A stretch of 64,000 nucleotides of DNA from Antedon mediterranea (Eukaryota; Animalia; Echinodermata), in NCBI RefSeq assembly GCF_964355755.1, contig NC_092679.1, positions 13,313,432 through 13,377,431 on the forward strand, in the 5' to 3' direction. A program made the position numbers and the translations under genes. The stretch's first letter is position 1. Every line of letters starts with the position of its first letter. The notes under the pieces are model-generated. The model saw nothing but the letters and a program-made list of their open reading frames with translations, was not told the origin of the DNA and did not search any database. Below, one piece after another: positions 52,107 to 64,000 of this stretch.

Positions 52107-52351
52107 CTGCTCTTTCTTATTTTCCTCTTCCCAATCACTGCCCTCGTCATCATCATCGTCGTCATCATCACTTCCCATCCAATCATCAAGGTATTCAATA
52201 TCACGTTTTGGAGCTTTTTTTGGAGTAGGTTTAGTACCACTGCTAGGTCTTCCTCTTCCACGACCTCTGCCCTTTGCTTTGGGTTTTGGCGTCGTAGATT
52301 CAGTTACTTCTTCTGAATTTGCAGTCTTTTTAGCTCTACCTCTTCCTCTGC
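52107..52351 (-). CDS. APLF: APLF exon 6
   Basis: RG-rich, GRGRP AT-hook-like and acidic segments; phase 1 to phase 0. Confidence 0.85.
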
Positions 52352-52973
52352 CTAAAGACAAATTATTTTGAATATTTATTTAATTAGGATTTTAGCTCGA
52401 GTATTTTATTTGTTTTATAGCACACCTACTTTTTATTTCTTTATTCCGATATAAAATCAATAGGATAAAAACACAAAAAAATACCGAGACGACAAACTTA
52501 TTTCCATTGTGGTCATAAAGCTTTAACACCTACTATAAAATAAACTAAATTTAAATAATTTGTCGCTTCTTGAATTCAATGTCGAAGGCTAGGCCTATTT
52601 AAAATAATATTGCTCTTGGAATTTGGCTGTACAGTTGACCCATTACAGAAAACACACTACTAGTCCACATGTTGGTTTATGATTGTGCATTATAACGTAT
52701 TTATTCGAATAAACACCCCCCACCATGGGTGCTTTTTTTTTTCCTGAATAAATGCCCCGCCACATAAATACACACAATATTGTATGATTATTATTATTCT
52801 ATTACAACACTACAGTATTTGTAGAACAATTTTTAATTTACGATCACTTCTTTTTACTGCATTTTAGCACTTAATTAATTGTGTTGCATTTTTCATATCT
52901 AGGGGAATTTATTTGATTATGTTACCATTATACACCCAAAATATAAACGCGTGTATAGTATAACAAACTGTAC

Positions 52974-53094
52974 CTTTTGGACTCTCTTTAGCAGTGTCAG
53001 ACCCAAGCATCCATGTTGGTAGATTTCTTTGCTTATTAACTGGTAGAGCAACTGATTTACCACTAGGCAAAACAACAACATTTTCATCTTCCTT
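52974..53094 (-). CDS. APLF: APLF exon 5 (Ku-binding motif)
   Basis: KQRNLPTWML, like the human KBM RKRILPTWML. Confidence 0.92.
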
Positions 53095-53536
53095 CTAAGA
53101 TAAGACAGATAATAAAGTTTAGAAAAAGAACTTTTTATAAGATAGGCTCTTGCACATGCATGTGTCTCACGCCCTAGGCCTAGCATTGCGTTATCTTTGC
53201 TGTGCCTTCCACTCTGTGAAGAATGACCATAGAAATGCAAGTTAAGTATACTAATTGATGATCCTTGGCCTTAATACAATGTTCACAAAACTTTTTTGTC
53301 AATAATTATTAGGGAGCTTTTACATGGGGACAGTAATAAAGGGGATGGTAATTCATTTAGTGCGACAATTATTTTGAGACACAAGCAATGATGGCCATCC
53401 CCCTTCTAAACATAGTTTGCAGACCCTGTACGTGCGGGCCTGGGCATGTTTGTATAAGTACTCTGTTAGCCGGGCTAGGCCTGTACTTTTATCGAAAGCA
53501 CACCACTCTCCATTTTCAACACACTTGTTGACCAAC

Positions 53537-53753
53537 CTGTTGAGCTTCTTCACTTTGGTCTTGTTCTTTTTCGTCTTCTTTTTCACTTTCAGTTTCTTTC
53601 TGTTCGATGTTACTTTTATCATCCTGCAGTTCAGATGACTCTCCATTCTTTTTAGTTTCTTCTTCTTCTTTTTCTTCTTCCTCATTTTTAATATCTTCCT
53701 CAGTTTCTACCTTTTCTTCTTTATTTTTAATTGGTGATGCAGTTGTATTCAAC
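53537..53753 (-). CDS. APLF: APLF exon 4
   Basis: Glu/Lys-rich open frame; phase 2 to phase 0 fits its neighbours. Confidence 0.82.
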
Positions 53754-54744
53754 CTAATTCAACATTTAATTAAATTAATTAACTATTAATGTTATTGAGT
53801 AAAATCAAATATGAAAAGCTTCAAGGTCTGAAATCTCACTTCAGTACTCATTCGTGTATGATGAACATCTTTTTCAATTGTACATCCGATTCATAGTATG
53901 AAATCGTTAGTATTACATCGATGTAAAATCACAGAGTTCTGTAAAAATGACATCAATGATGACATCAATGCAGCACAGCGGTGTCTGGGCATACGTGTGC
54001 ACCTTTCTAATGTTTTTTTACACAGCGATTACATTACAATACACTGAGTGATAAACGTTTGAATGTTTTATATACTATTACTAAAGGTACGATTATCTAG
54101 GAGATATTGATGTTTTGATGTATTGAAGTTTTCCCTGCCTTATTTAATGTCTTTTGCTGTTAACTTGTTTTTTTTGTCCGCACCAGAAGGAGAGTACTCA
54201 CATAGTGACTTCGTCACTTTTCTACAATCTGCCAGACTGGTGTCAGTTTTTTTGTTTTAGTGTTTGTATTTTGGAAAATAAATGAAGTGAATTGAATAAA
54301 TTGTACATTTGTTTAGTAAAGTATGTGTGAATTGTGTACTAATTTACTGTACACCATGCTTTATTTCATTTTGGAATCACATAGTGTACTGAAAACCTAA
54401 CTTTACTATGATGTTGATACAAACTTTACTTCCAGAATAATTATTTCGATGTCTAGGAGAGAAATTTACATTTGACGAGATATTTAATCACTATACTGTA
54501 CTTTATCACGATCCAATCTCTCTGTGGACATACAGTACCTTGGAAACGGTCACTCCGTACGTGAGTCTGCTAATGACTGATTTAGCTTTCATTTTCAGGT
54601 TTGAGTCTAGCTCATTTTCTTTGATAACTATTATAATATTTAAGCTTTTTAACCCATCCTTTGAGAAGCCCAAGCTTATTTAAGCCATTTTATAAAAAAG
54701 CCTAAGCTTGATTTTTTAGTTGAAAAAAAATAATACAAACTTAC

Positions 54745-54920
54745 GTCAAGCCTTGCGAGTCTTTGTTAATTGGTCGATCATCAATAACAACTTCGTAGAT
54801 ATGTTGATCAGGCAAGAGTGAAAAGCGATCACCATGACCTAAATTGTGCCAACTATTCTTTGGTAAAGGAGACAGATTTTCACCAGAGTCTTCTAAACAG
54901 AAGGTAGGATTTGTATGCGT
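54745..54920 (-). CDS. APLF: APLF exon 3 (FHA C-terminal part)
   Basis: THTNPTF...LGHGDRFSLLPD. Confidence 0.93.
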
Positions 54921-56151
54921 CTATTTAAAAGAAAGAAAACATGAAAAAGTGAGATTTTTATTTGTTCTAAGGCAAAAATATGTGTAACAATGACATGCTC
55001 GGAATGCTGACATATCCATTGTTTACTATAATTAGCTTCTATTCCGACGCTTGGCATGGAATGCTTAAATTCATGGTGCACCACCAAGGACAAACAGTAT
55101 CATGTATGTTCATTGGCTTAGGTGAAGGGGAGCTTATGCCTAAAAACATCCCTCAAAATCAAGACCAGCAAACTTTTTATTTCGCAGCCTAAAATCTGGT
55201 TTCAGGGACCAAGATGTGGCCTAACCACCCAGCTGAACCAACGTATATGGACCTAAGTTCCCTCAAAATTGCATTATAATTTTGCGTTGAATTGAGACCG
55301 GCCAAAGAAAAAATCAGTGTAGCCTGGGGTTCTCACTATAACGCACACGAAACATGGCGCTTCACATAGTTTTACATTACATCGCACTCACTATCTCATT
55401 TAATTATGAAACAATGGCGTTTGTTATGTTTACAAACATTTTTGTACCAACTGACTGATTTTTTCAAGCCATCCAGTGGATATTCAAAAATGTTTTGAAT
55501 CCCAAATTTGGACCACGGCCCATAGTATGCTGAACTTCATTGTAGGCAATGGTGGGTAAATGAAATGCTTAGTTAAACTGTTGGTGAATAGATTATTACA
55601 CTATGACAAGAGTGGTGCATCATGAATCTAAGAATTCTATAACTAACGATTAATTTGGGCTTTTATAGACAACAAAGTCTCGAGATATCTAATTGGTCAT
55701 TTGCACTCGATTATCAGCGATGAGATGAGGTGAAAGACAAGGTCCCAGTCAGGGTCCAAGTCAGTTTCCCACTAGCAACACAATGCAACCTACGCAACGT
55801 AAACGCTACGCAAACAGAATGTAAGCAATTTGACCATTCACCAGCTATTGATAGATTATTCGAACTGTTCCTTGACATTGTCAACTCGATTGCGTTGCTT
55901 CTCTAGTGGAAACGAAGTTAATTGTATTTGCCCCGCCTCTGCATACATGAAATCAAACTTGATTTTTTCAGCATCGTTAATAGTTGACATAGACTTTGAC
56001 CCTGTTTCAATTTTAAAGTTGATAAAATTGCGATTCGTTGCAAAGGGGACGATATTTAAATTGTTTTTTCCTGAAACAAGAAAGTTCTCAGAAATGGCAC
56101 ACAGTTTGGTTAACCCAAGTATACAGGGTATATATTGGTCTTGGTACTCAC

Positions 56152-56223
56152 AGACATAATCTTTAGTTTCCCATCATCCACTTCTAAAATAGCATGATTT
56201 CTTGAAACACGTTTGTCTGCAAC
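56152..56223 (-). CDS. APLF: APLF exon 2 (FHA)
   Basis: VADKRVSRNHAILEV. Confidence 0.94.
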
Positions 56224-56458
56224 CTAAATAATAAAATACTTTATTTGAAATTATTGAATAAAAAAGTTGAGCAGTCAATGTACAATAATATCTAGGCCTA
56301 ATAATAATAATATTCATTGCACAAATATGTTTTAAGTGAAAATAATATTCAAAATATCCATTTAAAAAAAAGAAAAACAAAACTACAGTAATCAATTATT
56401 TAGAAAAAAATAAATGTGAAGATCCACCGAAAATATTGAACAGAAAAAAAAGAATGTT

Positions 56459-56530
56459 TTCCCACACCGGGAATCGAACCCGGGCCACGGCGGTGAGAGC
56501 GCCGGATCCTAACCACTAGACCATATGGGA
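56459..56530 (-). tRNA. tRNA-Glu(CTC)
   Basis: TCCCATATGGTCTAGTGGTTAGGATCCGGCGCT-CTC-ACCGCCGTGGCCCGGGTTCGATTCCCGGTGTGGGAA; cloverleaf, A/B boxes, downstream T-run terminator. Confidence 0.95.
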
Positions 56531-56573
56531 TTAACATGAATCTATAATGAAAAATTTAGTATAGATTACTTAC

Positions 56574-56672
56574 ACTAAGAAATGGGCCACGACCAATTAC
56601 TGTTTTTCCAATTGGTAGAAGAATATTGCTTTTCGCTTCTCCATCACACACCTTTAATTCTACACCCGACAT
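56574..56672 (-). CDS. APLF: APLF exon 1 (FHA start)
   Basis: MSGVELKVCDG...GKTVIGRGPFLS|gtaagt; assembled protein is 563 aa. Confidence 0.93.
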
Positions 56673-57827
56673 AATGATGATTACCGTAAATAATGTTTAC
56701 GTTTAAAATTGAGTACAACCTCTGCAAGTTGCCTTCGCGAACTTGTGGCTAGGCTAGCTCTCTAAGGCTAGGCTTGAGAACAAACAACAACCGGATGCCG
56801 CGATCCACAACAGACGCTCACTGATTACCTAGCTTGCCTAGCATGCAATCAACAACCTTCGAGACTATGGCCAATTTCACTATCTAAAACAGAATTTCCA
56901 CTACCAAGCTTAAACACATAACCAAGATACAACGTCAAGTTATAGCTCAAATTCTGCAAAATATCATCCAATTTCCTATCATCTTGAAATTTCCACTGAA
57001 AGATTGCTTTTCTATCTTCCTTTTTATTATGATTCATCGAGGTCCGACCGAACGCCTTCGTAGCATCCTCGGGAAATCCGAACACAGCCGCAAAACTAAG
57101 TACAGTATACAGTAGTACAGTACAGTGAATGATGATTCTCTCTCCAAATATGATAATTGTAAACATCTTTATTTTTTATTCATAATGCCTATTATTTAAT
57201 TTTTAAATAATAAGTAGAATAGATATATTATGTTGCTTGATTTATAAAGGGAGTTTTCAGTGGTCGCATTTTGGGCAATCTTTGAATTTTAAAGATCCTA
57301 GCGTAGGCCTATTCCTTGAAAATGTAAAGATAGGCCTAATGTAATTATTGTCCCCATTCCAAAATATAGGCCTATTCAATTCTAGTTTGGATTGTTTTTG
57401 TTGAATATTCCATTTTGTCACTTAATAGTTATTCACTTTCACAAACATAATTTACCCTGAAAAAAACTTTAAAGCAAAACTAGCAATGGGTTGGTTAAAT
57501 ACAAAAAAAAATCATTATTTTTTCTTACTTTATGCACAAATTAATAACTCTAATTAAATTGCAAAAATGGACTATTCAAGTCAAATTTGTTTAATCTTTA
57601 TGTTTATTGGGGTGACAACATCTTTAAAATGTGTCTAAGTTGAATAGGCAAACATTTCTAGGTCACAGTTATCACAACATTGAATAAAAAAAAAATCCAA
57701 AATTCCCGATGGCTCGCCGACATCATAATTATGAGAAAAAAAAATTATTCCCTCTTGAGATTACACATTGTTTCTTTTTATATGAACTTTCATCATCAAG
57801 CTTCTGGGGTGTGCATGGACAGTCTAA

Positions 57828-58115
57828 GGCCCGTTTACACTAGGACGAACGATCGACGAATATAGCCTAAGTGAATTTTTCTTCCATAGGCTACAACAAT
57901 TAGACTGTTTCGTTCTAGAACTAGGCCTATAGGATAATTTTTTTTAAATTCAAATGACGTCATCAGTATCAATAAAAACAATAATCATTGTATCGTCATG
58001 ATATTATTGCTCTTACTAATCATGACGTCATTTGATTGAACGTCTGAAAATTAAGCAAAGATGGGTTCCTATATAGTTCTCGTCGATCGTTATCGTCCTA
58101 GTATAAAAATGGGCC
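57828..58115. mobile_element. Harbinger-like MITE
   Basis: Inverted termini GGCCCGTTTACACTAGGACGAACGATCGACGA; TAA/TTA flanks. Confidence 0.7.
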
Positions 58116-58489
58116 TTATCGGCGAATCAGGATTCGAAATAAAGGTGCTGGAATATTTATCAGATCAACTACCATCATGATCATAATCAGTCAAGTGGGA
58201 CATTACAATCTATTATTATAAGAATAATATATATCTTTACATTAGGAACATACTCCCAGATCGGTAAAATTATTCCATTGACTACCAAAATTTAAGTTTC
58301 AATATTAACCACCATTTAAGCTGTTTTTTAGTTTCATTCCAAAATTGTTTATATCTCTACCAAGCTACCTTCTTTGTTTTCTACTCTTATTTCACAGTCC
58401 ACCCTGTCACCCTTTTGTTGTGTCTCTTTTATTCCTGTTCACCCAGGCAGCACTTGCCAGTTTTTATACTATGACGTTATCCAAATTAC

Positions 58490-58540
58490 TTCACTTGAAC
58501 TGATGAAGGGCTAGTGTTGCCCGAAAGCTCTGCTAACTTT
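58490..58540 (+). ncRNA. Minimal hammerhead ribozyme core (Penelope-type terminal repeat relic)
   Basis: CTGATGA-A-GGGC-tagtgtt-GCCC-GAAA-GCTC. Confidence 0.6.
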
Positions 58541-59923
58541 TCTGGCTGTTTTAGTTTATCATTTTGATTTAGCTTTTCGCTTTTTTGTTGTATCTCCATT
58601 GAGATCCAGCCACTAATACCCACAGCATTGTCATTGTCATTTGTTCAGTAATTTTCCTTTGGATTTAATAATATATATCATATATGTATCTTAGATTATA
58701 GGCCTACTAAGTGATTTTGAGAGCCATATTATTTATACATAATGAGCCATGTGCATCACAAAGAGTTTTACATCTCTTTAAAAATACTTGTTTTTGTTTA
58801 ACGCTCTATACAAGTTGCGCCTTCATCAATGATCTCCAATTTAATAATTTTTTCATTTTCCTAATCCATCGCGATTGGTAATAATTTGACAAATCATGGC
58901 GTGGGGAATAATCAATCCCACCGATTGGTAAATCAGCGTGTTGCTTACGTTTTAGTTGCTCCCTGGAGTGGGAACCAAGTTCTAGTTCGGTAACTCCAGA
59001 AAAATCTCCCCGCGTCCACAATCTACCACTTTACTATACCGTCTAGATTCAAGATGAAACCAGCGAATTTACAATATATTATATAAGTTATTCTTACTAT
59101 TAAAAACACGTAACAAGTAACATTTTTTGTAAACTATACGTTTAATCAACAACGACATTTAATAGTTAAAATAACATATATTATTTAAAATACATATATA
59201 TTTATACAGTTTGGTGTCTTAAGTAAAATATATCCTAATAAAATGTATATACATATAAAACAAATGTAATCAAGTTTTATGACTATTTCTTCAATTTTTT
59301 TATTTCGTATCTTAAATAGATAAATAAGCATCAATACCAATTGCATTTCATTTCATAATAAAACTTCTTATCTTATTCTATGAAATCAAATCTTATAATA
59401 TCATAATTTAATTTAAGGTCTGTTAAAATTAATATTATAATCATAATATTTCAAGGTGAACTATTTATAAGGCAAGTTAATATATTGACTGCATTGAAAT
59501 TCGTATTGCATTTTTGTTTGTGATATTATAACACACCTCACTATACCAGTAACCAGCTATAATGTTACCCTCAATTATGTGATTATGAAATATTATTATA
59601 ATACATTAGTTTTTCCGCATAAACAAATTCTACACATACAAATTTTCATTTTCAATTAATTGTGACAATTATTTACATATAATTATTTCTTTATTATAAT
59701 TTGTATCATTTGTATACACATTCTGGATTTGCGAATAATTGATATACGTATAATGTGCTAATATTAGATAAAATCATTGATATGACACAGAACAATAATG
59801 AACTAAAAAGTCCATGGTTAAAAAGTTTGTTGATAAAATTAAATAAATGAGATGTATTGTCCCCCTGAAAACATTTTTTTTTTAAATATTTTTGTTGAAT
59901 AGGCCATTTTATTTGCACATAAA

Positions 59924-62390
59924 AGTTATTCACTTTGAACTCAAATTAGATCGAAAAAAAAAATTATTTACTCGAGAAAATCGTAATTTAAAGCCAAAAT
60001 TAACCAACCGGAAGCTATTTGTCTGGAAGACAAACGTGTTCCGGTTTAATTTAACCCTTGACCTGAGTTAGCTCATAAATATTCATATTGTATGGATACA
60101 CGTCGTACATGGTGTTGATGATGGTTCTCTCAACAAAACAGCCAACGCGACGCGATAGCAAAGATAGTGTAGTACTAGTAGGAAGATGTTACACTTCCTA
60201 CTACACTATCTTTGGCGATAGCAATGCATGCATAGAGAGAGAGAGTCGAGTAGTGACGCGAGACGATCATGAAGAAAACACGAAAACTATAGCTAGCAGA
60301 ATACTAAGTAGAACTGCAGTTGGTAACTTTGATGTTGAATCTTAATCACATTTAGGTGAGTTTTTGTTTTGCTAGCAGGAGAGCCCTAGGCCCGAATTTT
60401 TTGCTACTCCCTACTAGGCCTAGTACTACTACTAGGCCTAGTACCAACTAGCACAACTCCATGGCAGGCAGTCTCGAGTAGCCTTAATACTGCTGCCTCC
60501 TTCTGTTTCTAGAAGTAGAGGTAGTAGGCCTAGGCTAGGCAGTACACTGCTAGCTAGGGCTAGACCACCACCAGGAGGGATGTATTTTTGTTTTATAATT
60601 TTTTGTTTCCATCATGATGAATTGGTTTCATTTTAGGATTTCAACTATCTATTCTGCAGAGAAAATTACCAAATAAATCTAAATATTGTTTTGGATGTTT
60701 ACTGTACAGTATTTTAAAAATATTTTCTGCATCAAATGCAATAGGTTCAAATCAACATTTGCATAATTAACCATTTTATGCAGATATTTTGACACAAATT
60801 TCTTCTTTTTTTTTCAGGTACAATAAGAGCAAGTGAAGTAGAGAGGAACACAAAATGTATCGTACAGTGGCAACATTCACAATTTAATTTAACTACTATT
60901 AAAATGACACTTTGTAATGGATATGAGCGATCTTAGAAGACTATAGCTGCCGTAATTACTGCCACAATCAACACATTGATATTAGTTAGTAGACAAATTG
61001 ACACAAAAAACAATACCGGAATTTAATAAGATATTATATATTTTTTATTAACTGCTTTTGCACTGTAATATTTACAGTAACATTATGAAGTGTAAGTAAA
61101 TTTGAAGAATTTATTCTGTGTACTGTTGTAGTAGTATTTTTTATTTATTGAATGTTATGTTTACAAAATAATATACTGTACAAATATTATTGCTTTATAA
61201 AAAAAATTATACAACATTTTACAAGCTGAACAGGAACATATTGGCCGAATGCAGCATCACAAATATTTTTCTTGCAATATCCAATCATATTCCAATACAC
61301 AGAGTCTATCATCAGTTGTCTTTATGAAGTACGAATGTGACCTCTGTTCCACTCTTCATCAGCTCAACGTCTTTAAATAAAAATGTTTAAATAATGATGT
61401 ATAAATAAGTTGAATAATGTATTTCACAAAATCTAAAGTTTTTAATTTTGGCAAAGTACGAAAACCTGGAATTTGGTATTTAGAAATAGGCCTAGATCAT
61501 GCACATTTAGTGCAAAATGTGGGCTAGTGAAATTGCTTGCTTTGACAAAGTACACTAACTTTCTATGGTAAAAAACACATTACAACTTAATAAAGAGAAA
61601 ACAAATATTTTGACTTACTACAGTACAGAGTAACATGGTGAAGAACAGTAGTTTGTGTTGTAAAATGGCTAAGCTGGCTTTTCCCCCTCTGTCTACTTGT
61701 ACAGTGCTGCTGGAGGAAGGTTCTCAACTTCAGTCTTGTAATTTGTATTGTAACCATTTTCCCTGAAAAGATGTTTGTTTTATTTTTATCATAAAAACTG
61801 GTTAAACAAGATTCAACTGTAAATTATGTATATGGTACAGCAGGCTGGCTGTATTTTCGGATCGATAGCCTAGGTCAGTCTATGAAGAGTACAATAGGGC
61901 CTAGCTGGGCATTTTCTGTAGGCCCTATGCTATGCATGTATTATTCTAGGCCTAGGCTAGCCCTGAAAAAATCCAAGGCTAAGTTAATTAATTACCTTCC
62001 TGTTATTACAAACGTCTGTCTAGTTTGCGTTATATATATAATTATTATATTTAAAATAACCGTCTAGCCTAGGCCTACTTACCGACAAATTAACAGCTTA
62101 GCTTTACATACGATCAGGGGAAATCCCCAGTCAAGTCAAGTCGATCTCTCTCTGGGTGTACTCATGGAGTGGTGTACTACTGCATGTTGTGTACAACGTG
62201 CATCATCCATGTTTGTCATCACATCCCAGCTGTGTCGATGCTCATTAACATATCATGCATATTTATAAGTTAGCTCTATCGGCCTAATTTTTGAGCTGAC
62301 AAGTTGGGAAAATTGATTAACTTATTTTGCTTTTTTCTTACCGAAATTAATAATTTTTTTGGATTTTTTTTTTGGCGAAAGTGAACAACT
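59924..62390. mobile_element. Degenerate Kolobok-like element with convergent spliced remnants
   Basis: Termini AGTT(A/G)TTCACTTT; inner inverted repeat GAG(T/C)TA.CT.ATAAATAT (60065 / 62260); CpG-rich ends; degenerate TTAA flanks. Confidence 0.55.
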
Positions 62391-62495
62391 TCATTATAGC
62401 TACAATATGATCTATTCAAAATTTGATTTAATTGATCTTCATTTTTCATGTTTTGGGGGACAATACAACTTTAACTGAGTACATTCTTTATCTTA

Positions 62496-62855
62496 CTAAT
62501 TTTTTGATCTGCAACAGAAGAAAAGGCATTGAAAAGAGCCACAATTTCTTTCAGGACCTATGACAGAAATCAAAGCTGGAAACAACAACATTGCAAATAT
62601 ATAGGACAAACCAATCGTACAGAACACAAAAGTTCCAAACTGAAGAAAGAATAAGATGACAGAAAACAGCATAAAGAAACAAGCACCCAATGTCGTAATA
62701 CAGCCGGAGAGAATAGATATACCAACACTTTCCAACATTTCTTTGGTTTTGCCAATTCGATCTTCACTTTCGGCAAGGTAGTAGCCCTCGGCTAGATGCA
62801 CCACGTAGTCTACCGATAGTCCTACAACTAAGGACAAGTTCAAGGATTCTAATGT
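62496..62855 (-). CDS. Dispatched/Patched-family (RND, sterol-sensing) protein, last or near-last exon
   Basis: TLESLNLSLVVGLSVDYVVHLAEGY (GxxxD)...FLQFG...PALISVIGP; the TAG overlaps a possible gtaaga donor, so the C-terminus is uncertain. Confidence 0.9.
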   Translation of the reverse strand, partial: TLESLNLSLVVGLSVDYVVHLAEGYYLAESEDRIGKTKEMLESVGISILSGCITTLGACFFMLFSVILFFLQFGTFVFCTIGLSYIFAMLLFPALISVIGPERNCGSFQCLFFCCRSKN

Positions 62856-63161
62856 CTGTAAAAAAAAAAAAAAATGTCTTTAAACTGAACATGAGCCAAA
62901 ATACTACCCATCACATCAAAAAACTCTTGTTAAAGCTTGGGTTTTAATGCAAGGACGACGCAGACGTAGGCTATCGTAATGCTTGGTTCCCACTAGAGAC
63001 AATCACAAGTGACTTGACAAATCACAGGTGATGTCGGTTGTCAACTCGCCTGCATTGCGTTAGGTCTCAGTGTGAACCAAACATTGACGCAATGGATAAT
63101 CACTATGTCGTTGGCTTCTTGCGTCCAAGTAGGAGCCAAATAACTGAATACATCAACTTAC

Positions 63162-63332
63162 CCCGAGTGTCCAGCCAAGGATAGGGATTAGTCCAAGTAC
63201 ACAGGTCGTAATACAGCAGATAGTAATTGTTGCCAGCGCACCAATGATAATGTTTTGAGTTGTCAACACAAGTACAACAAAAGCAACACTTATGCCAATT
63301 GCAATGTTACGGATTGCTGAGTTGGTTAGTTC
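63162..63332 (-). CDS. Dispatched-family exon
   Basis: ELTNSAIRNIAIG...TTQNII...GWTLG; transmembrane helices, phase 0. Confidence 0.9.
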
Positions 63333-63779
63333 CTGTATAATATTATTGTAACAACATTATTATCTGATACCGTTACATTTTTTAATTTAAGTAGGCCTAA
63401 GTTAAATAACTTGTTTTTTTTTACCAAAGCCTAATTGTATTAGTGTTTTAATTAACTAACTAATTAATTGTATTAGACTTTATTGGATTATTTTTCATAA
63501 GTTAAGACATTTAACTTTTAATTATTTAGGTTAATTACATTTTACTCAAATAGAATTGAGAGTTAAATATGATCAAATGGTCAAACAAATTCTTTAAACC
63601 ATGAATATTTTAAGAAAAGGAAATAGAAAATATTATTTTGTATTGAAAAAAACAACCAAACATTAATTAACTCTACATGAAACTATACCAATTGGCCAAT
63701 ATCATTCTTTGAATTAACCAATTGGAACTTTAGGCCTACTGGTACGATATTGTACGATAACATATAACTGATTTCTTAC

Positions 63780-63872
63780 CTCCTGAATTTTCTGCCATAG
63801 CCAGAAATTAAAGTTAGCCCCAGCAGGCGTACAATGGTATCCCTTATTAATCCCGTCTGGTAGCTGCGACAT
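63780..63872 (-). CDS. Dispatched-family exon (gene continues beyond window)
   Basis: MSQLPDGINKGYHCTP...FWLWQKIQE; tag/gtaag junctions. Confidence 0.82.
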
Positions 63873-64000
63873 CTATCACAAAAGAGAATTGGGAAACGTT
63901 ATCAGTTCAGTATCTGTTGCATACGAGTGAAAACAACTTGCTATCCAATATCCAAGTTTGTTTGACTGTTAGTTAGGGCGTCTGTGTATCAGTCAATATT

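Noticed and set aside
54428-54610. Possible extra APLF exons
   Set aside because: Wrong phase or in-frame stop; exon 3 joins exon 4 in phase.
58806-59021. 71-aa ORF as a possible terminal exon of the Dispatched-like gene
   Set aside because: Splicing from the candidate donor would create TAA, and the ORF contains a MITE terminus fragment.

Overview
AT-rich, intron-rich invertebrate genomic DNA. The TAGGCCTA-rich style and Deu/Nin-type SINEs suggest a deuterostome such as an echinoderm, but that is an inference. Spliced genes, assembled by eye from GT-AG junctions, are: the 5' part of Son of sevenless (minus, 1-32375, with a 22-kb transposon-filled intron); a divergent IFIT-like TPR gene (plus, 35845-38381); POLR2I/RPB9 (plus, 40132-46161); APLF (minus, 49541-56672) with an intronic tRNA-Glu(CTC); and the 3' end of a Dispatched/Patched-family gene (minus, 62496-63872). 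Mobile DNA includes a near-intact hAT transposon with a 6-bp TSD, a Sola2-like element, Kolobok, pogo, Harbinger and hAT MITEs, Deu/Nin SINEs (one apparently 5S-headed), a Penelope-type hammerhead core, a LINE RT relic and two minisatellites. Top finding: once spliced, the IFIT-like protein ends in a HEPN-type motif set (CRTILN...FPDLF..L.SIQP...W...L....NKRKH). This suggests an RNA-sensor/RNase fusion, and in this sequence it is interrupted by a single in-frame TAA before the putative catalytic motif. A second theme is apparent transposon excision scars: 7-bp-TSD micro-palindromes, TACWGTA and TAGGCCTA. All family assignments are from recalled motifs, not database searches.
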